Part shown: positions 29,282-38,716 of the stretch, piece by piece
Position numbering within the stretch: the first letter of the stretch is position 1
Layout of the letters: each line of letters opens with the position of its first letter
The notes under the pieces: model-generated
The model's input: the letters and a program-made list of their open reading frames with translations, nothing else
Told to the model about the DNA's origin: nothing
Database searches by the model: none
From: an uncultured Rhizobiaceae bacterium
GTDB lineage: Bacteria > Pseudomonadota > Alphaproteobacteria > UBA7879 > VGCX01
Reading direction: 5' to 3'
Assembly (NCBI GenBank): GCA_964350815.1
Contig: CAYGKW010000002.1
Span: 24,447-88,446, forward strand
Length of the DNA: 64,000 nucleotides
Position numbers and translations under genes: made by a program

Positions 29282-29771
29282 ATGACCCTTTTATCCTTTC
29301 CTATTTCACTTCAAATCCTTTGCTTGAAAGTAACTTCTGGATTCTGGGAAATTAAGAATGCCGTCTATTGTTACTTCCGTTTCCCATTAAAATGCCACCA
29401 AATCTAGACATATTGACCAAGGTATGCATAATGACAGCAATTGGCGTATTTTGCTTTTTTTCTTGATGGAGTTAAATTGATTAAATATTAAGCAGAAAAA
29501 CAGCAAATAATTTAAAAAATATTAAAAAAAATGAAAATCAACGCATGGCTCATGACAATAAGATGTATCGAAATAACCTAAAAAATCCCTTAATTTATAA
29601 TTAACATGCAGAAAATACTGAATTAATTGTGTTATGCGAAAAACGCATGCAATTTCCCTTTAATTTTGACCGGGATGATTTTTATGCTGCGACGCCATTA
29701 CTATTATCCGCTGACAAGTTCTTCATTGCCATTCCAGATCTCTAATGATGTTGGATACAAACACCCTATTG

Positions 29772-30190
29772 CGTCATCGGTAAGTACCTGCTTGTCTCGT
29801 CAAAGTGCAAGGCACGACGGTGGAAACGGTGCACGGCGATCCATTCCCACTGTTGTCATCCTGGTGCACTGACACCAGGATCCAATAACATTTGCCAGCG
29901 AACTTCATTCCTTCCGTCATCGCGAGCATCCAAAGGAAGTGCGGCGATCCATAGAACGTTAAAGGTGGATTGCCACGTGCCTTATAGGCACTCGCAATGA
30001 CGGAAGTGGGTGGATAAGATTACTGTTCACCCCGTTTATCTCGTCAAAGCGCAAAGCGCGACGGCGGAAAAGATGCACGGCGATCTATAATAGCCTTAAT
30101 TACAAACAACCCAACTATCATTGATACACGGATTCTATTTGTCGCGCCGAAGCCTTGGCTTAAACTTAGGGGGCTTGGATCGGGGTCCAG
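29772..30190. repeat. Cluster of nested palindromic repeat elements (RPE/WPE-like)
   Basis: Complete IR CTTCCGTCATCGCGAG...CTCGCAATGACGGAAG (29911-30006); TGTCATCCTGGTGCACTGACACCAGGATCCA (29854-29884); 47-nt direct repeat 29795-29841 / 30039-30085; TTGTCGCGCCGAAGCCTTGGC at 30139. Confidence 0.8.
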
Positions 30191-30311
30191 GACAGGCTAA
30201 ATTCAGAATGAACACACAGGTAAGTTCTAGGTAAGAACTAGTAATATTAGACCAAGCTGGGTAAATGGGTAAGGAAATTACGATCCCATATCGGCTGTAA
30301 GGCAGAAAAGT

Positions 30312-32684
30312 CTATAATTTAGTATTTCTTAATAACTGATCAAAATTCATCAATTTTTTATAGGCTTTTCCATAGACTGTTTTAGGGTCTTTTTTTGCAT
30401 CAACAACAAAATTATTTTCCCCCGCATCTGTTTCAAGCAGAATTTCAATCGCATCAGAAATTGTTTCAACAGACCAAAGATGGAATTTTCCCTTATCTAT
30501 GGCAGTGCTGACTTCGTCAGATAAAATAATATGGTCAATGTTGCTTTTGGGGACGACAACCCCTTGCGTGCCTGTTAATCCTTGGTGTTTGCATGTGAAA
30601 TAAAAGCCTTCAATTTTTTGATTCACCCCTCCGATTGGCTGTGCTTGGCCAAGTTGATTCATGGATCCTGTTATGGCAATTTCCTGGCTTATAGGTATCC
30701 CAGATAAAGAAGATATCAAGGCTATAACCTCTGCTAAGGAAGCGCTATCCCCTTCAACCCCACTATAATTCTGTTCAAATGTAAGGGATGCGGAAAAAGA
30801 TAAAGGGAATTCTTGGGAAAAGACAGATCGTAAATATCCTTCCAGGGTTAAGACCCCTTTTTGCTGAATGGGCCCACTTAAACGAACTTGCTGTTCAATA
30901 TTAAGGATCCCTTTTTTACCAATATAAGTTTGGGCTGTAATTCTTGAAGGCATACCAAAACTTTCAGCCCCAACGCTTAAAACCGTCAAACCATTTACCT
31001 GGCCAATAGTTTTTCCCTTCGTTTGAATTAAGGTTACGTCTTCTTCAATGCTTTCCCGTATGCGGTCACGGATTCCAGAGTTTCGATATTCTTTGTGATT
31101 TAGGGCTTCAATAATATGTTCTTTAGTTAGGCGCTTTTTCTTCTTTTTTAAAGTTATCGAGGCTGCCTCGTGTAAAATATTTGTGAAGTATTCGAATTGT
31201 GTTGAAAGTTTATGACGATGGCCAATGTGGCGACTTGCACAGCCAAGTAAATATTGTAAGGCTTCTTTTTCACAGGTAACATTTTTCTTTCTACAGTCTT
31301 CTTGTAGTAATGTTCCGTATAATGCAAGATTTTTTGCAGTCGCCTCTGCTGTAGGGTTTATTTCTGCCTTTACCTTAAAGTAATTTTGAAAATCCTGGTC
31401 ATGGTAAAAGAATAAATTATACCAATAAGGGGCCCCAATTAGAATTATTTGTACATCTAAGGGGATTGGTTCTGGTTCCGGTGCGTCTAACATAGGAACG
31501 CCAGAAATGCGATGCAATTCTTCAATACGGATTTCTCTATCCCGCAAACAGGCCTTCAAAAAATACCAAGTTAAAGGGTGGGCGGCAATATCTTCTGCGC
31601 GTAAAACCAGAATACCACCACTGGCTTTGTGAATGGCACCCCCCCGGATCATATCGAAATTAGTTATAAATCCTTGCTGAGAACTTTGATATTTTATTTT
31701 TCCAAACAGGTTTTCATATGTGGGGTTTGGTTCAATAACAACTGGTGCCCCTTTTTTAGGGTCATTTTCAGTGATGATATTAACACTGTAATGGGATTGT
31801 AATGATAAATTTAAATCCTGATTATTTTGCCCAGGTGTATTATTTTTTTGTATAAGGTATTTTAAGTTAGACAACAAATCTTCTTTTAAATCAATAAACC
31901 ATTCAGTTAATCCATCGATTGCATCATAACTTCTGTGAAGTCTATTAATAAATGGGCTTATAACTTCCTCGGCACGCCAACGATAGATATCATCAATGCG
32001 GTCTAATAACTTTTCATTTTCATTGGACGCAAAGCGACTTAAGTCTTGTAAAGCTTGTTGAATGTACTGAACTTGCTTAATAATATTTTTTTGTTCGCTT
32101 TTTTCCAATTTTTCAAAAGGAATTTCTTTATCTTCTTTTATGGCGTTAATAACAATAGATCCATCGTCAAGTCTTTGCAGATTAAGCTTATGCTGTTGGG
32201 CATATTTTTGAATTTCTTGCATTTGCTCTTGGATGGATTGATCAACTGATTTTTCATCTTCTTTAATTTTATTGCTAAATTCATTTGAATTAAAAGACTT
32301 TTTAAGTTCTTCTTGAATTTGTTTGACGGTTTTTTCCATCTTTGCCTTAAAATCATGCGCCATCCCTGTTGGCAGTTTGTAAGGCTTAGGCTTGTTAGGT
32401 TGTTTAAAATTATTCAGATAAACCCAGTCTGGGGGAACAGGTACATCTTTAATATAGTGTTTTATATAGTCTAGGGTTGCGCTTAGGCGACCAGTTAAAT
32501 TTTCCCCCACAACAAACATGTTGTAAGTGTTATCTTTCATAGATAATCCAAAATCCAATGATTGCTTGGCACGATCATGGGAAGATAGATCAAATAAGCT
32601 GATATTTTTTTTGGCAACCCCAGAAATTAGATTTAGCTTATGCTCAGGGATTGCGTAATTTTTTATTACTGTTTTCTTTTTCAT
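30312..32684 (-). CDS. Lon-related S16 protease (LonC-like, AAA-like N-terminus)
   Basis: GQVNGL, FEQNYSGVEGDSAS (catalytic Ser), ITGSMNQLG, GGVNQKIEG (Lys); degenerate Walker A GENLTGR; start ATG 32684 preferred. Confidence 0.88.
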   Translation of the reverse strand: MKKKTVIKNYAIPEHKLNLISGVAKKNISLFDLSSHDRAKQSLDFGLSMKDNTYNMFVVGENLTGRLSATLDYIKHYIKDVPVPPDWVYLNNFKQPNKPKPYKLPTGMAHDFKAKMEKTVKQIQEELKKSFNSNEFSNKIKEDEKSVDQSIQEQMQEIQKYAQQHKLNLQRLDDGSIVINAIKEDKEIPFEKLEKSEQKNIIKQVQYIQQALQDLSRFASNENEKLLDRIDDIYRWRAEEVISPFINRLHRSYDAIDGLTEWFIDLKEDLLSNLKYLIQKNNTPGQNNQDLNLSLQSHYSVNIITENDPKKGAPVVIEPNPTYENLFGKIKYQSSQQGFITNFDMIRGGAIHKASGGILVLRAEDIAAHPLTWYFLKACLRDREIRIEELHRISGVPMLDAPEPEPIPLDVQIILIGAPYWYNLFFYHDQDFQNYFKVKAEINPTAEATAKNLALYGTLLQEDCRKKNVTCEKEALQYLLGCASRHIGHRHKLSTQFEYFTNILHEAASITLKKKKKRLTKEHIIEALNHKEYRNSGIRDRIRESIEEDVTLIQTKGKTIGQVNGLTVLSVGAESFGMPSRITAQTYIGKKGILNIEQQVRLSGPIQQKGVLTLEGYLRSVFSQEFPLSFSASLTFEQNYSGVEGDSASLAEVIALISSLSGIPISQEIAITGSMNQLGQAQPIGGVNQKIEGFYFTCKHQGLTGTQGVVVPKSNIDHIILSDEVSTAIDKGKFHLWSVETISDAIEILLETDAGENNFVVDAKKDPKTVYGKAYKKLMNFDQLLRNTKL

Positions 32685-32796
32685 AACTTGACAGACCTCG
32701 TCCTGTTTTCTTAGTCTATCAAAGATCAAGTTTTTCTTGAAATAGTTTTTAAAATAAAGTAAATCTATTTCTTTCTTACAAAACCAAAGGTGTATT

Positions 32797-33270
32797 ATGG
32801 AAAAATTTCCTTTAACGCGTCCAGGCTATGAAAGCCTGCAAGAAGAGTTACGTCATTTAAAACAAATAGAACGTCCAGAAGTTATTAAGGCTATTGAAGA
32901 AGCCAGAAAACATGGCGACCTATCAGAAAATGCGGAATATCACGCAGCACGTGAAAAGCAAGGTTTTATTGAAGGCCGTATAAAAGAATTAGAATTTAAA
33001 ATCGGTCGGGCCGAAATTATTGATGTATCAAAATTATCTGGTGATACAGTAAAGTTTGGGGCGACTGTTAAAATTGTTGATGAAGATACAGACGAAGAAA
33101 AAACCTTTCAAGTTGTTGGTGAAGAAGAATCTGATATTACAAAAGGAAAGTTGTCTGTTGCATCCCCTCTAGCAAAAGCGTTGATTGGAAAGAAAAAAGG
33201 CGATAGTGTAGAGGTTAAAGCCCCGAAAGGCAGTAAATACTACGAAATATTAACCATTAAGTTTTGCTAA
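32797..33270 (+). CDS. greA: Transcription elongation factor GreA
   Basis: [26 protein letters not shown]. Confidence 0.97.
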   Translation: MEKFPLTRPGYESLQEELRHLKQIERPEVIKAIEEARKHGDLSENAEYHAAREKQGFIEGRIKELEFKIGRAEIIDVSKLSGDTVKFGATVKIVDEDTDEEKTFQVVGEEESDITKGKLSVASPLAKALIGKKKGDSVEVKAPKGSKYYEILTIKFC

Positions 33271-33276
33271 GGCATT

Positions 33277-34233
33277 ATGACAAAAAAAGTGTGGATTTTA
33301 TCTGATGGAAAAAAAGGAACCGAAAATCAATCGGTGGGCCTTGCAAATTCTATGGATTACCAAAATTATATTCTTAAGACCATCGATGTAAAATTTCCCT
33401 GGACATTTTTGCCCCCCAAGCTTTGGTTTAGTCCTTTAAAAGCTGTTAACAAATCAAAAGAATTATTTCCAGATAACAGCTGGCCAGATATTATTATCGC
33501 GGCAGGTAGGGTATGTGCAGCAGTTGCGGCAGAAATACGCCGTGAAGCAAAAGGAAAGACTTTTGTAATCTTTATCCAAGATCCTTACATGGACCCAAAA
33601 AACTTTGATGTGGTTATTGCCCCTGAACATGATGAAATTAAAGGGGATAATGTTATTAAGGCTTTTGGTGCTTTGCACAATGTCACAACGGATAAGCTTA
33701 AAAAAGCATCTTCCCATCATAATAATTTAATTGAATATTTGCCCAAGCCTAGGGTGGCTATTTTGATTGGGGGGAAAAACCGCCACTACAAAATGTCCCC
33801 TGAGTTGATGGAACAGTATGGTAGCCAACTTCGCCATATCGCAAAGCGAAAAACAATAAGTTATATGGTGACAGGATCTAGGCGCACACCGGTAGCCTGT
33901 TTGCAGGCCTTTAAAAGGGGGTTGGGGTCAGCCCCTGCTTTTATTTGGAATGGTCGGGGCGATAATCCATATTATGCCTTCTTAGATGCTGCTGATATTG
34001 TCATAGTAACGGCTGATTCTGTTTCAATGGTTTCTGAGGCCATGTTTACAAACAAACCACTGTATGTCATGGAGTTAGAAGGAAAATCTGTTAAATTAGA
34101 TAAATTTCTTGCATCGGTCTATAAGAAAAAAATTGCCCAGCCTTTTTCTAAGGATGTTGAAAAATGGGCTTATGCCCCTGTTGATACAATGGAAAAAGTT
34201 GTTGCTGAAATTAAAAAGTTTTTACCAAAGTAA
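33277..34233 (+). CDS. ELM1/DUF1022 family protein
   Basis: WILSDGKKGTENQS, WPDIIIAAGR, PEHD, VAILIGG, SRRTP, NPY, TADSVSMVSEA. Confidence 0.88.
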   Translation: MTKKVWILSDGKKGTENQSVGLANSMDYQNYILKTIDVKFPWTFLPPKLWFSPLKAVNKSKELFPDNSWPDIIIAAGRVCAAVAAEIRREAKGKTFVIFIQDPYMDPKNFDVVIAPEHDEIKGDNVIKAFGALHNVTTDKLKKASSHHNNLIEYLPKPRVAILIGGKNRHYKMSPELMEQYGSQLRHIAKRKTISYMVTGSRRTPVACLQAFKRGLGSAPAFIWNGRGDNPYYAFLDAADIVIVTADSVSMVSEAMFTNKPLYVMELEGKSVKLDKFLASVYKKKIAQPFSKDVEKWAYAPVDTMEKVVAEIKKFLPK

Positions 34234-34319
34234 TTATTGATTTATAATTATAATTAGGCGTATAATCTAGTTTAAGAAGGCCATAACGATATAAATAAGT
34301 TTTAACCAGGAGGTAACAA

Positions 34320-34760
34320 ATGAAAAAATTTAAATTAAGTATACTTTGTATTTTAGCCATTCTAACGTTGGTTGGACAGAAAGCCAATGCTGAAGCTGAA
34401 ATCAGTGAAGCTAAGCTAGATCGTCTTATGAATGAAACAGTCTGTCGTAATTCAATTAGAACTCAGTGTGTTGATCACTGCTCTAACTATTGCGGTAAGA
34501 AATTCGATGGGAAAGCAAATAGAGATTGTGTCACAAAGAATTGTGCTGGTTTTGCAGGATACTGTAATATGGCATTAATGGGAAATGATGAAAACCTTCC
34601 AGGAACTTTAGAAACTGAATTTCCAGCTGGTTCAATACCAGAAGAGTTTTATGTGCATTTAAAAGATTATGAAAAATGCGTTGCAGGTGATCCAGGGGAA
34701 GACCCAAGAAATCCAGGTACACAATGGTCTGAAGGCATTGAAGATGCCCTTGGTAAATAA
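34320..34760 (+). CDS. Small secreted Cys-rich protein
   Basis: AGGAGG RBS, signal peptide ending ANA, 8 Cys in the mature part. Confidence 0.8.
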   Translation: MKKFKLSILCILAILTLVGQKANAEAEISEAKLDRLMNETVCRNSIRTQCVDHCSNYCGKKFDGKANRDCVTKNCAGFAGYCNMALMGNDENLPGTLETEFPAGSIPEEFYVHLKDYEKCVAGDPGEDPRNPGTQWSEGIEDALGK

Positions 34761-34778
34761 CCAAAATTGATTTTTAAG

Positions 34779-34805
34779 AAAAAGCCCTGGTTATCCAGGG
34801 TTTTT
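34779..34805. terminator. Bidirectional terminator between convergent genes
   Basis: AAAAAGCCCTGG-TTAT-CCAGGGTTTTT overlapping the rsmE 3' end. Confidence 0.65.
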
Positions 34806-35528
34806 CCATGCTTGGTTTTTAAATAGCCACGCAGCGGCACAGGTTATTGCTGCTGTTTCAGCCCTTAAAATATTGAATCCCAAGTTTAAACCAACAGCAT
34901 TTTGTTTTTTTTCTAAAAGGGCTTTTTCTTTTTCTGAAAATCCACCTTCTGGGCCAATCAAAAATGTATCTGAATCCTGTGTCTTGTCTAAAATCTGATG
35001 AATAAAAGGGGCGTCTTCCCTTTCTATGCAATAGAATATGGGATTTATCTGTGTTTCCAGAAAAGAATCCAGTTTCAGTAAATTGTGGATAATAGGTACT
35101 GTTAATCGTTCACATTGTTCTGAGGCCTCGATAGATTGAATCTTAACTTTTTCTTGGTTTATTTTTCGAACTTCGCAATGATCTGTCACTATGGGTTGAA
35201 AATTTTTAACCCCAAGTTCTGTGCATTTCTCAATTAAAAAATCTTGTCGTTGCTTTTTTATTAGGGAAAATGCAATTGTTGGGCCTGTTTCATTTTTCTG
35301 AGGCCTTATCAGCTTTGTAATCTTTATAGATGCCGTCTTTTTTGATTGGGTTATAATTTCTGCCAAAAATTCCCCATCAGACCCATTGAAAACTTTTAGA
35401 CATTGGTTAGGTTTAAGACGTAAAACATTTGATATATAGTGGTTTTGAGAGGCACTAATATCAATTTCTGACCCAACTTTCAAAGGAAAGTCTAAAAAAA
35501 GTCTTGGCAATTTATGGTATTTATTCAT
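34791..35528 (-). CDS. rsmE: 16S rRNA m3U1498 methyltransferase
   Basis: HYISNVLRL, EKCTELGV, EASEQCER, IGPEGGFS, ILRAETA. Confidence 0.95.
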   Translation of the reverse strand: MNKYHKLPRLFLDFPLKVGSEIDISASQNHYISNVLRLKPNQCLKVFNGSDGEFLAEIITQSKKTASIKITKLIRPQKNETGPTIAFSLIKKQRQDFLIEKCTELGVKNFQPIVTDHCEVRKINQEKVKIQSIEASEQCERLTVPIIHNLLKLDSFLETQINPIFYCIEREDAPFIHQILDKTQDSDTFLIGPEGGFSEKEKALLEKKQNAVGLNLGFNILRAETAAITCAAAWLFKNQAWKNPG

Positions 35529-35562
35529 ATCTTAGATTAATCTAAAAATAAAAGTTAAATCA

Positions 35563-36459
35563 ATGAATTTTAAAACAGATATTAAAAGAAATACCTGGAT
35601 ATCAAAGTTACCACAATGGATGCAGCCTTATGCTTACATCGCCCGCTGGGATCGCCCAACCGGTGTATGGCTTTTGTTGATGCCAAGTTTATGGTCGATT
35701 GCAGCAGCAACAGAAGATTTGGATAGGCTTGTTGTTATTTCAGTATTGTTCCTGTTGGGTGCAATCTTAATGCGTGGCGCGGGCTGTGTGATCAATGATA
35801 TGGCGGATGAAGATATTGACAAGAAAGTTGAAAGGACAAAAGGCCGCCCTTTAGCAAGCGGGCAGTTGTCTTTTAATAAGTCACTGGTTTTTCTTGTGAT
35901 ACAGCTTTCTTTGGCCTTTATGATATTAACCCAGTTTAATAGGTTAACTATTATTTTGGGGATTGCATCGTTAGGGCTTGTGGTATGTTATCCTTTTATG
36001 AAACGTATTACACACTGGCCCCAAGCTTTTTTAGGCCTGACAATGAATTGGGGAATTCTTATGGGGTGGGCCGCGGTTAATAATGAATTAAGCCTACCTG
36101 CGTTAATTTTATATGGAGGCAGTTTTTTCTGGACGATGGGATATGATACGATATATGGACATATGGATAGAAAAAATGACTTGATGTTAGGGGTTAAATC
36201 GACATCAATCTTGCTTGGTAAGGCAACGAAGTGGTATGTTTCTATTTGGTATACCATTTTTTTTATATGCTTTTTCGTGTTTGGGGTAATGACCAGTATG
36301 GGAGGGGTGTATTTTCTAGGGGCCTCTTTTGTTATGGTTATGCTGTTATACCAAGTTTTGACTTTGGATATTAAAAACCCAGCACACTGCCTTAGGTTAT
36401 TTAAAATAAATGGCTTGATTGGATTTGTTGCGGTTCTTTCAACAATTTTGGGGAAATAA
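35563..36459 (+). CDS. ubiA: 4-hydroxybenzoate polyprenyltransferase
   Basis: RWDRPTG, GCVINDMADEDIDKKVERTKGRPLASG, YDTIYGHMD. Confidence 0.95.
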   Translation: MNFKTDIKRNTWISKLPQWMQPYAYIARWDRPTGVWLLLMPSLWSIAAATEDLDRLVVISVLFLLGAILMRGAGCVINDMADEDIDKKVERTKGRPLASGQLSFNKSLVFLVIQLSLAFMILTQFNRLTIILGIASLGLVVCYPFMKRITHWPQAFLGLTMNWGILMGWAAVNNELSLPALILYGGSFFWTMGYDTIYGHMDRKNDLMLGVKSTSILLGKATKWYVSIWYTIFFICFFVFGVMTSMGGVYFLGASFVMVMLLYQVLTLDIKNPAHCLRLFKINGLIGFVAVLSTILGK

Positions 36460-36585
36460 ATGTTAAAAATAATTAGTTTGTTCTTATGTTTTTTTGTTAT
36501 CGGGTGTGGAAAAAAGGAAGCCCCAAACTTTCCTGATGGCCAGGACTTATCCCAAACATACCCAGCTAGTGAACCGACCAAATAG
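36460..36585 (+). CDS. Small lipoprotein (41 aa, CGxK type), missed by ORF track
   Basis: MLKIISLFLCFFVIG-CGKKEAPNFPDGQDLSQTYPASEPTK*; starts right after the ubiA stop; lipobox VIGC. Confidence 0.7.
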   Translation: MLKIISLFLCFFVIGCGKKEAPNFPDGQDLSQTYPASEPTK

Positions 36586-36711
36586 GTTTTTGTTGCATAA
36601 CCGCAACGCGCATATTTTTTGTTATCCAAAAGAAATTATAGGGCTTGCAGAAAAGGCCCTATTCATATTTTATTAAAGACAGAAAAGTAATTTATGTATT
36701 AGGAGATTATA

Positions 36712-37947
36712 ATGCTTAAAAAAGTATTAACATGTGCCCTTGTGATGGGTGTTTCAGCGATAGCAACAAATGCTGTTGCACGCTCTCATGGTAAAATGAC
36801 AGGTGTGACAGCACAGTCTGGGCCAAAAATTGAATTAAGTGGTTATTTACGTGCAGCTGCACTTGGTGTTGGCCAAAAAGTACGCAGTGGTGAAAAAGAA
36901 GCCCGCTTTATGTCAAACGGTGATTTAACTTTGAATGCTGGAAGCATGACTAACAATGGCATTACTTATGGTGCCTTGGCTGTTCTAGAGCTTGACAGAA
37001 GTAAATCTGAAAAAGACAGAATTTCCGAAGCTTATGTATATTTCAGTTCAGACATGCTTGGTTCTTTCCAATTAGGTGACACCAACGGTGTTGGAACATT
37101 GATGATGTATGATGCAACTGATGTTTTGGGGGGTCTTGGCGGATTCTCTGGTCAAGTTGAAAAAGTTGTAAACGTTACACGTGGTGTTGACATTAACCAA
37201 GACACTTCCAATATCGGAAGTTCACGTGCAACAAAAATTAACTACATTTCACCAGTTGTAAGCGGATTCCAACTTGGTTTGTCATATGCTCCAAACACTG
37301 AACACTATGGACGTGTTCAATCAGGACGTACAGGAAATGATACAAATGAGGATATAAGGCCTCAAAACAATGGATTGTTTGTTCAAAATAAATTAGAAGC
37401 AGCTTTGTCCCATAACCGTGCATTTGGACCTTATTCTGTTGGATTATTTGGTACATACAAAACTGGTAGAGTTAAAGGTAACCGTTCATCTACAAGTGGA
37501 ATTGCAAAAGCAAATCTTCATCACTTGGATGCATGGCAACTTGGTACATTGGTTGACTACAATAACTGGCAGTTTGGTGCTGCGTATTTTGACAATGGTA
37601 GGTCAGGTATGCAAAAAGGTTCAGGCTTTAAAAACACAAATGGATTTAACATGGGTGTTGGATACGGCATGGGACCAACAAGTGTTGCTGTTGGGTATAC
37701 TCAGACAGAACGTACTGTTACAGCTGGTAAAGCAAAAGCTGACATGGCTTCTATTACAGTTGACCACAGCTTGGCAAAAGGTTTGGTTGCCTTCGCAGAA
37801 GCTAACTACTTCTCATTCAAATCACCAGGTGCGCACATCAACAGACCAGATGTTGATACGCAGTTGGATGTATTGGATAACCGTCCTACATCAAATACAG
37901 ATAACCACGGTTCAGTATTTGTTCTTGGTACGAAGGTTATGTTCTAG
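36712..37947 (+). CDS. Gram-negative porin
   Basis: AGGAG RBS, signal peptide, NGITYG, KINYISPVVSGFQLGLSYAP, terminal LGTKVMF. Confidence 0.9.
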   Translation: MLKKVLTCALVMGVSAIATNAVARSHGKMTGVTAQSGPKIELSGYLRAAALGVGQKVRSGEKEARFMSNGDLTLNAGSMTNNGITYGALAVLELDRSKSEKDRISEAYVYFSSDMLGSFQLGDTNGVGTLMMYDATDVLGGLGGFSGQVEKVVNVTRGVDINQDTSNIGSSRATKINYISPVVSGFQLGLSYAPNTEHYGRVQSGRTGNDTNEDIRPQNNGLFVQNKLEAALSHNRAFGPYSVGLFGTYKTGRVKGNRSSTSGIAKANLHHLDAWQLGTLVDYNNWQFGAAYFDNGRSGMQKGSGFKNTNGFNMGVGYGMGPTSVAVGYTQTERTVTAGKAKADMASITVDHSLAKGLVAFAEANYFSFKSPGAHINRPDVDTQLDVLDNRPTSNTDNHGSVFVLGTKVMF

Positions 37948-37966
37948 TACTTATTACATACTTATC

Positions 37967-37999
37967 AAAAAGGGGGGCTTTACTGCCCCTCTTTTTTTT
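37967..37999 (+). terminator. Intrinsic terminator after porin
   Basis: AAAAAGGGGGGC-TTTACT-GCCCCTCTTTTTTTT. Confidence 0.8.
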
Positions 38000-38173
38000 A
38001 TCAATATTCTTGTAGCCAGGAATGAAATGAAGTATACCCAGACTTAAGTAGAATTAAAATAATTTCAGAAAATTCTTTAAATAAAGAATATATATTGAAG
38101 TTTTTAATTTTTTTTTCTATGGTATCTTAGATTAAAGCGTAATCTTTTAACTGGCCAAACAACTAAGGTAATT

Positions 38174-38707
38174 ATGAAATACATAAAACTATACACCACT
38201 TTATTTCTTGTCGGATCTTCTCTTCTAACAGCCTCCTGTAATCGTAAAGATAAGGATCTAGAGGATATTGCTGAAAAAAAATATAAAACTGCAAAAAGCA
38301 AACGCGCCCGTCGTGATGAAAAAATGGGCGGATATGTTTTTGATGAACCCTTGTTCGGTTATGGTCAAAAAAATGCAGAAGATACAAATATTGGTGTAAA
38401 TAGCTATTTATGGCGGGCAACCATAGATACATTATCAATTTTGCCTAAAAAAACAATAGACCCATTTGGGGGCATTGTTTTGACGGAATGGTATACCCCA
38501 GAAAATACAGCAAATCAGCGATTAAAAGTAGAAGTTGCCATTATTGGTAGACAGCTTAGAGCCGGTGCCTTGCGTGTGTCAGTCTTCAGACAAGAAAAAG
38601 TTGGAGATGAGTGGCAGGACAGGTTTGTAAGCCCTGAAACAGTAGACCAGTTTGAAGAAACCATTTTAACACGTGCCCGAGAAATAAGAGTTACGGAAGA
38701 AAAATAA
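38174..38707 (+). CDS. DUF3576 family lipoprotein
   Basis: Lipobox LTASC; GVNSYLWRATIDTLS, DPFGGIVLTEWY, ILTRARE; upstream of leuS. Confidence 0.88.
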   Translation: MKYIKLYTTLFLVGSSLLTASCNRKDKDLEDIAEKKYKTAKSKRARRDEKMGGYVFDEPLFGYGQKNAEDTNIGVNSYLWRATIDTLSILPKKTIDPFGGIVLTEWYTPENTANQRLKVEVAIIGRQLRAGALRVSVFRQEKVGDEWQDRFVSPETVDQFEETILTRAREIRVTEEK

Positions 38708-38716
38708 TAGGTAAAT

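Noticed and set aside
29627-29872. 81-aa ORF in the repeat region
   Set aside because: No RBS, TTG start, and composed largely of palindromic element sequence
29795-30085. Two 47-nt direct repeats as a possible CRISPR array
   Set aside because: Only two imperfect copies about 200 nt apart, and no cas genes
27687-30312. tRNA-Thr as an integration site for an island
   Set aside because: No integrase and no duplicated tRNA 3' end seen downstream
35988-36629. 213-aa - strand ORF
   Set aside because: Antisense to ubiA and the small lipoprotein; no recognisable motif
37418-38047. 209-aa alternate-frame ORF over the porin
   Set aside because: Frame-shifted shadow of biased porin codons; crosses the terminator
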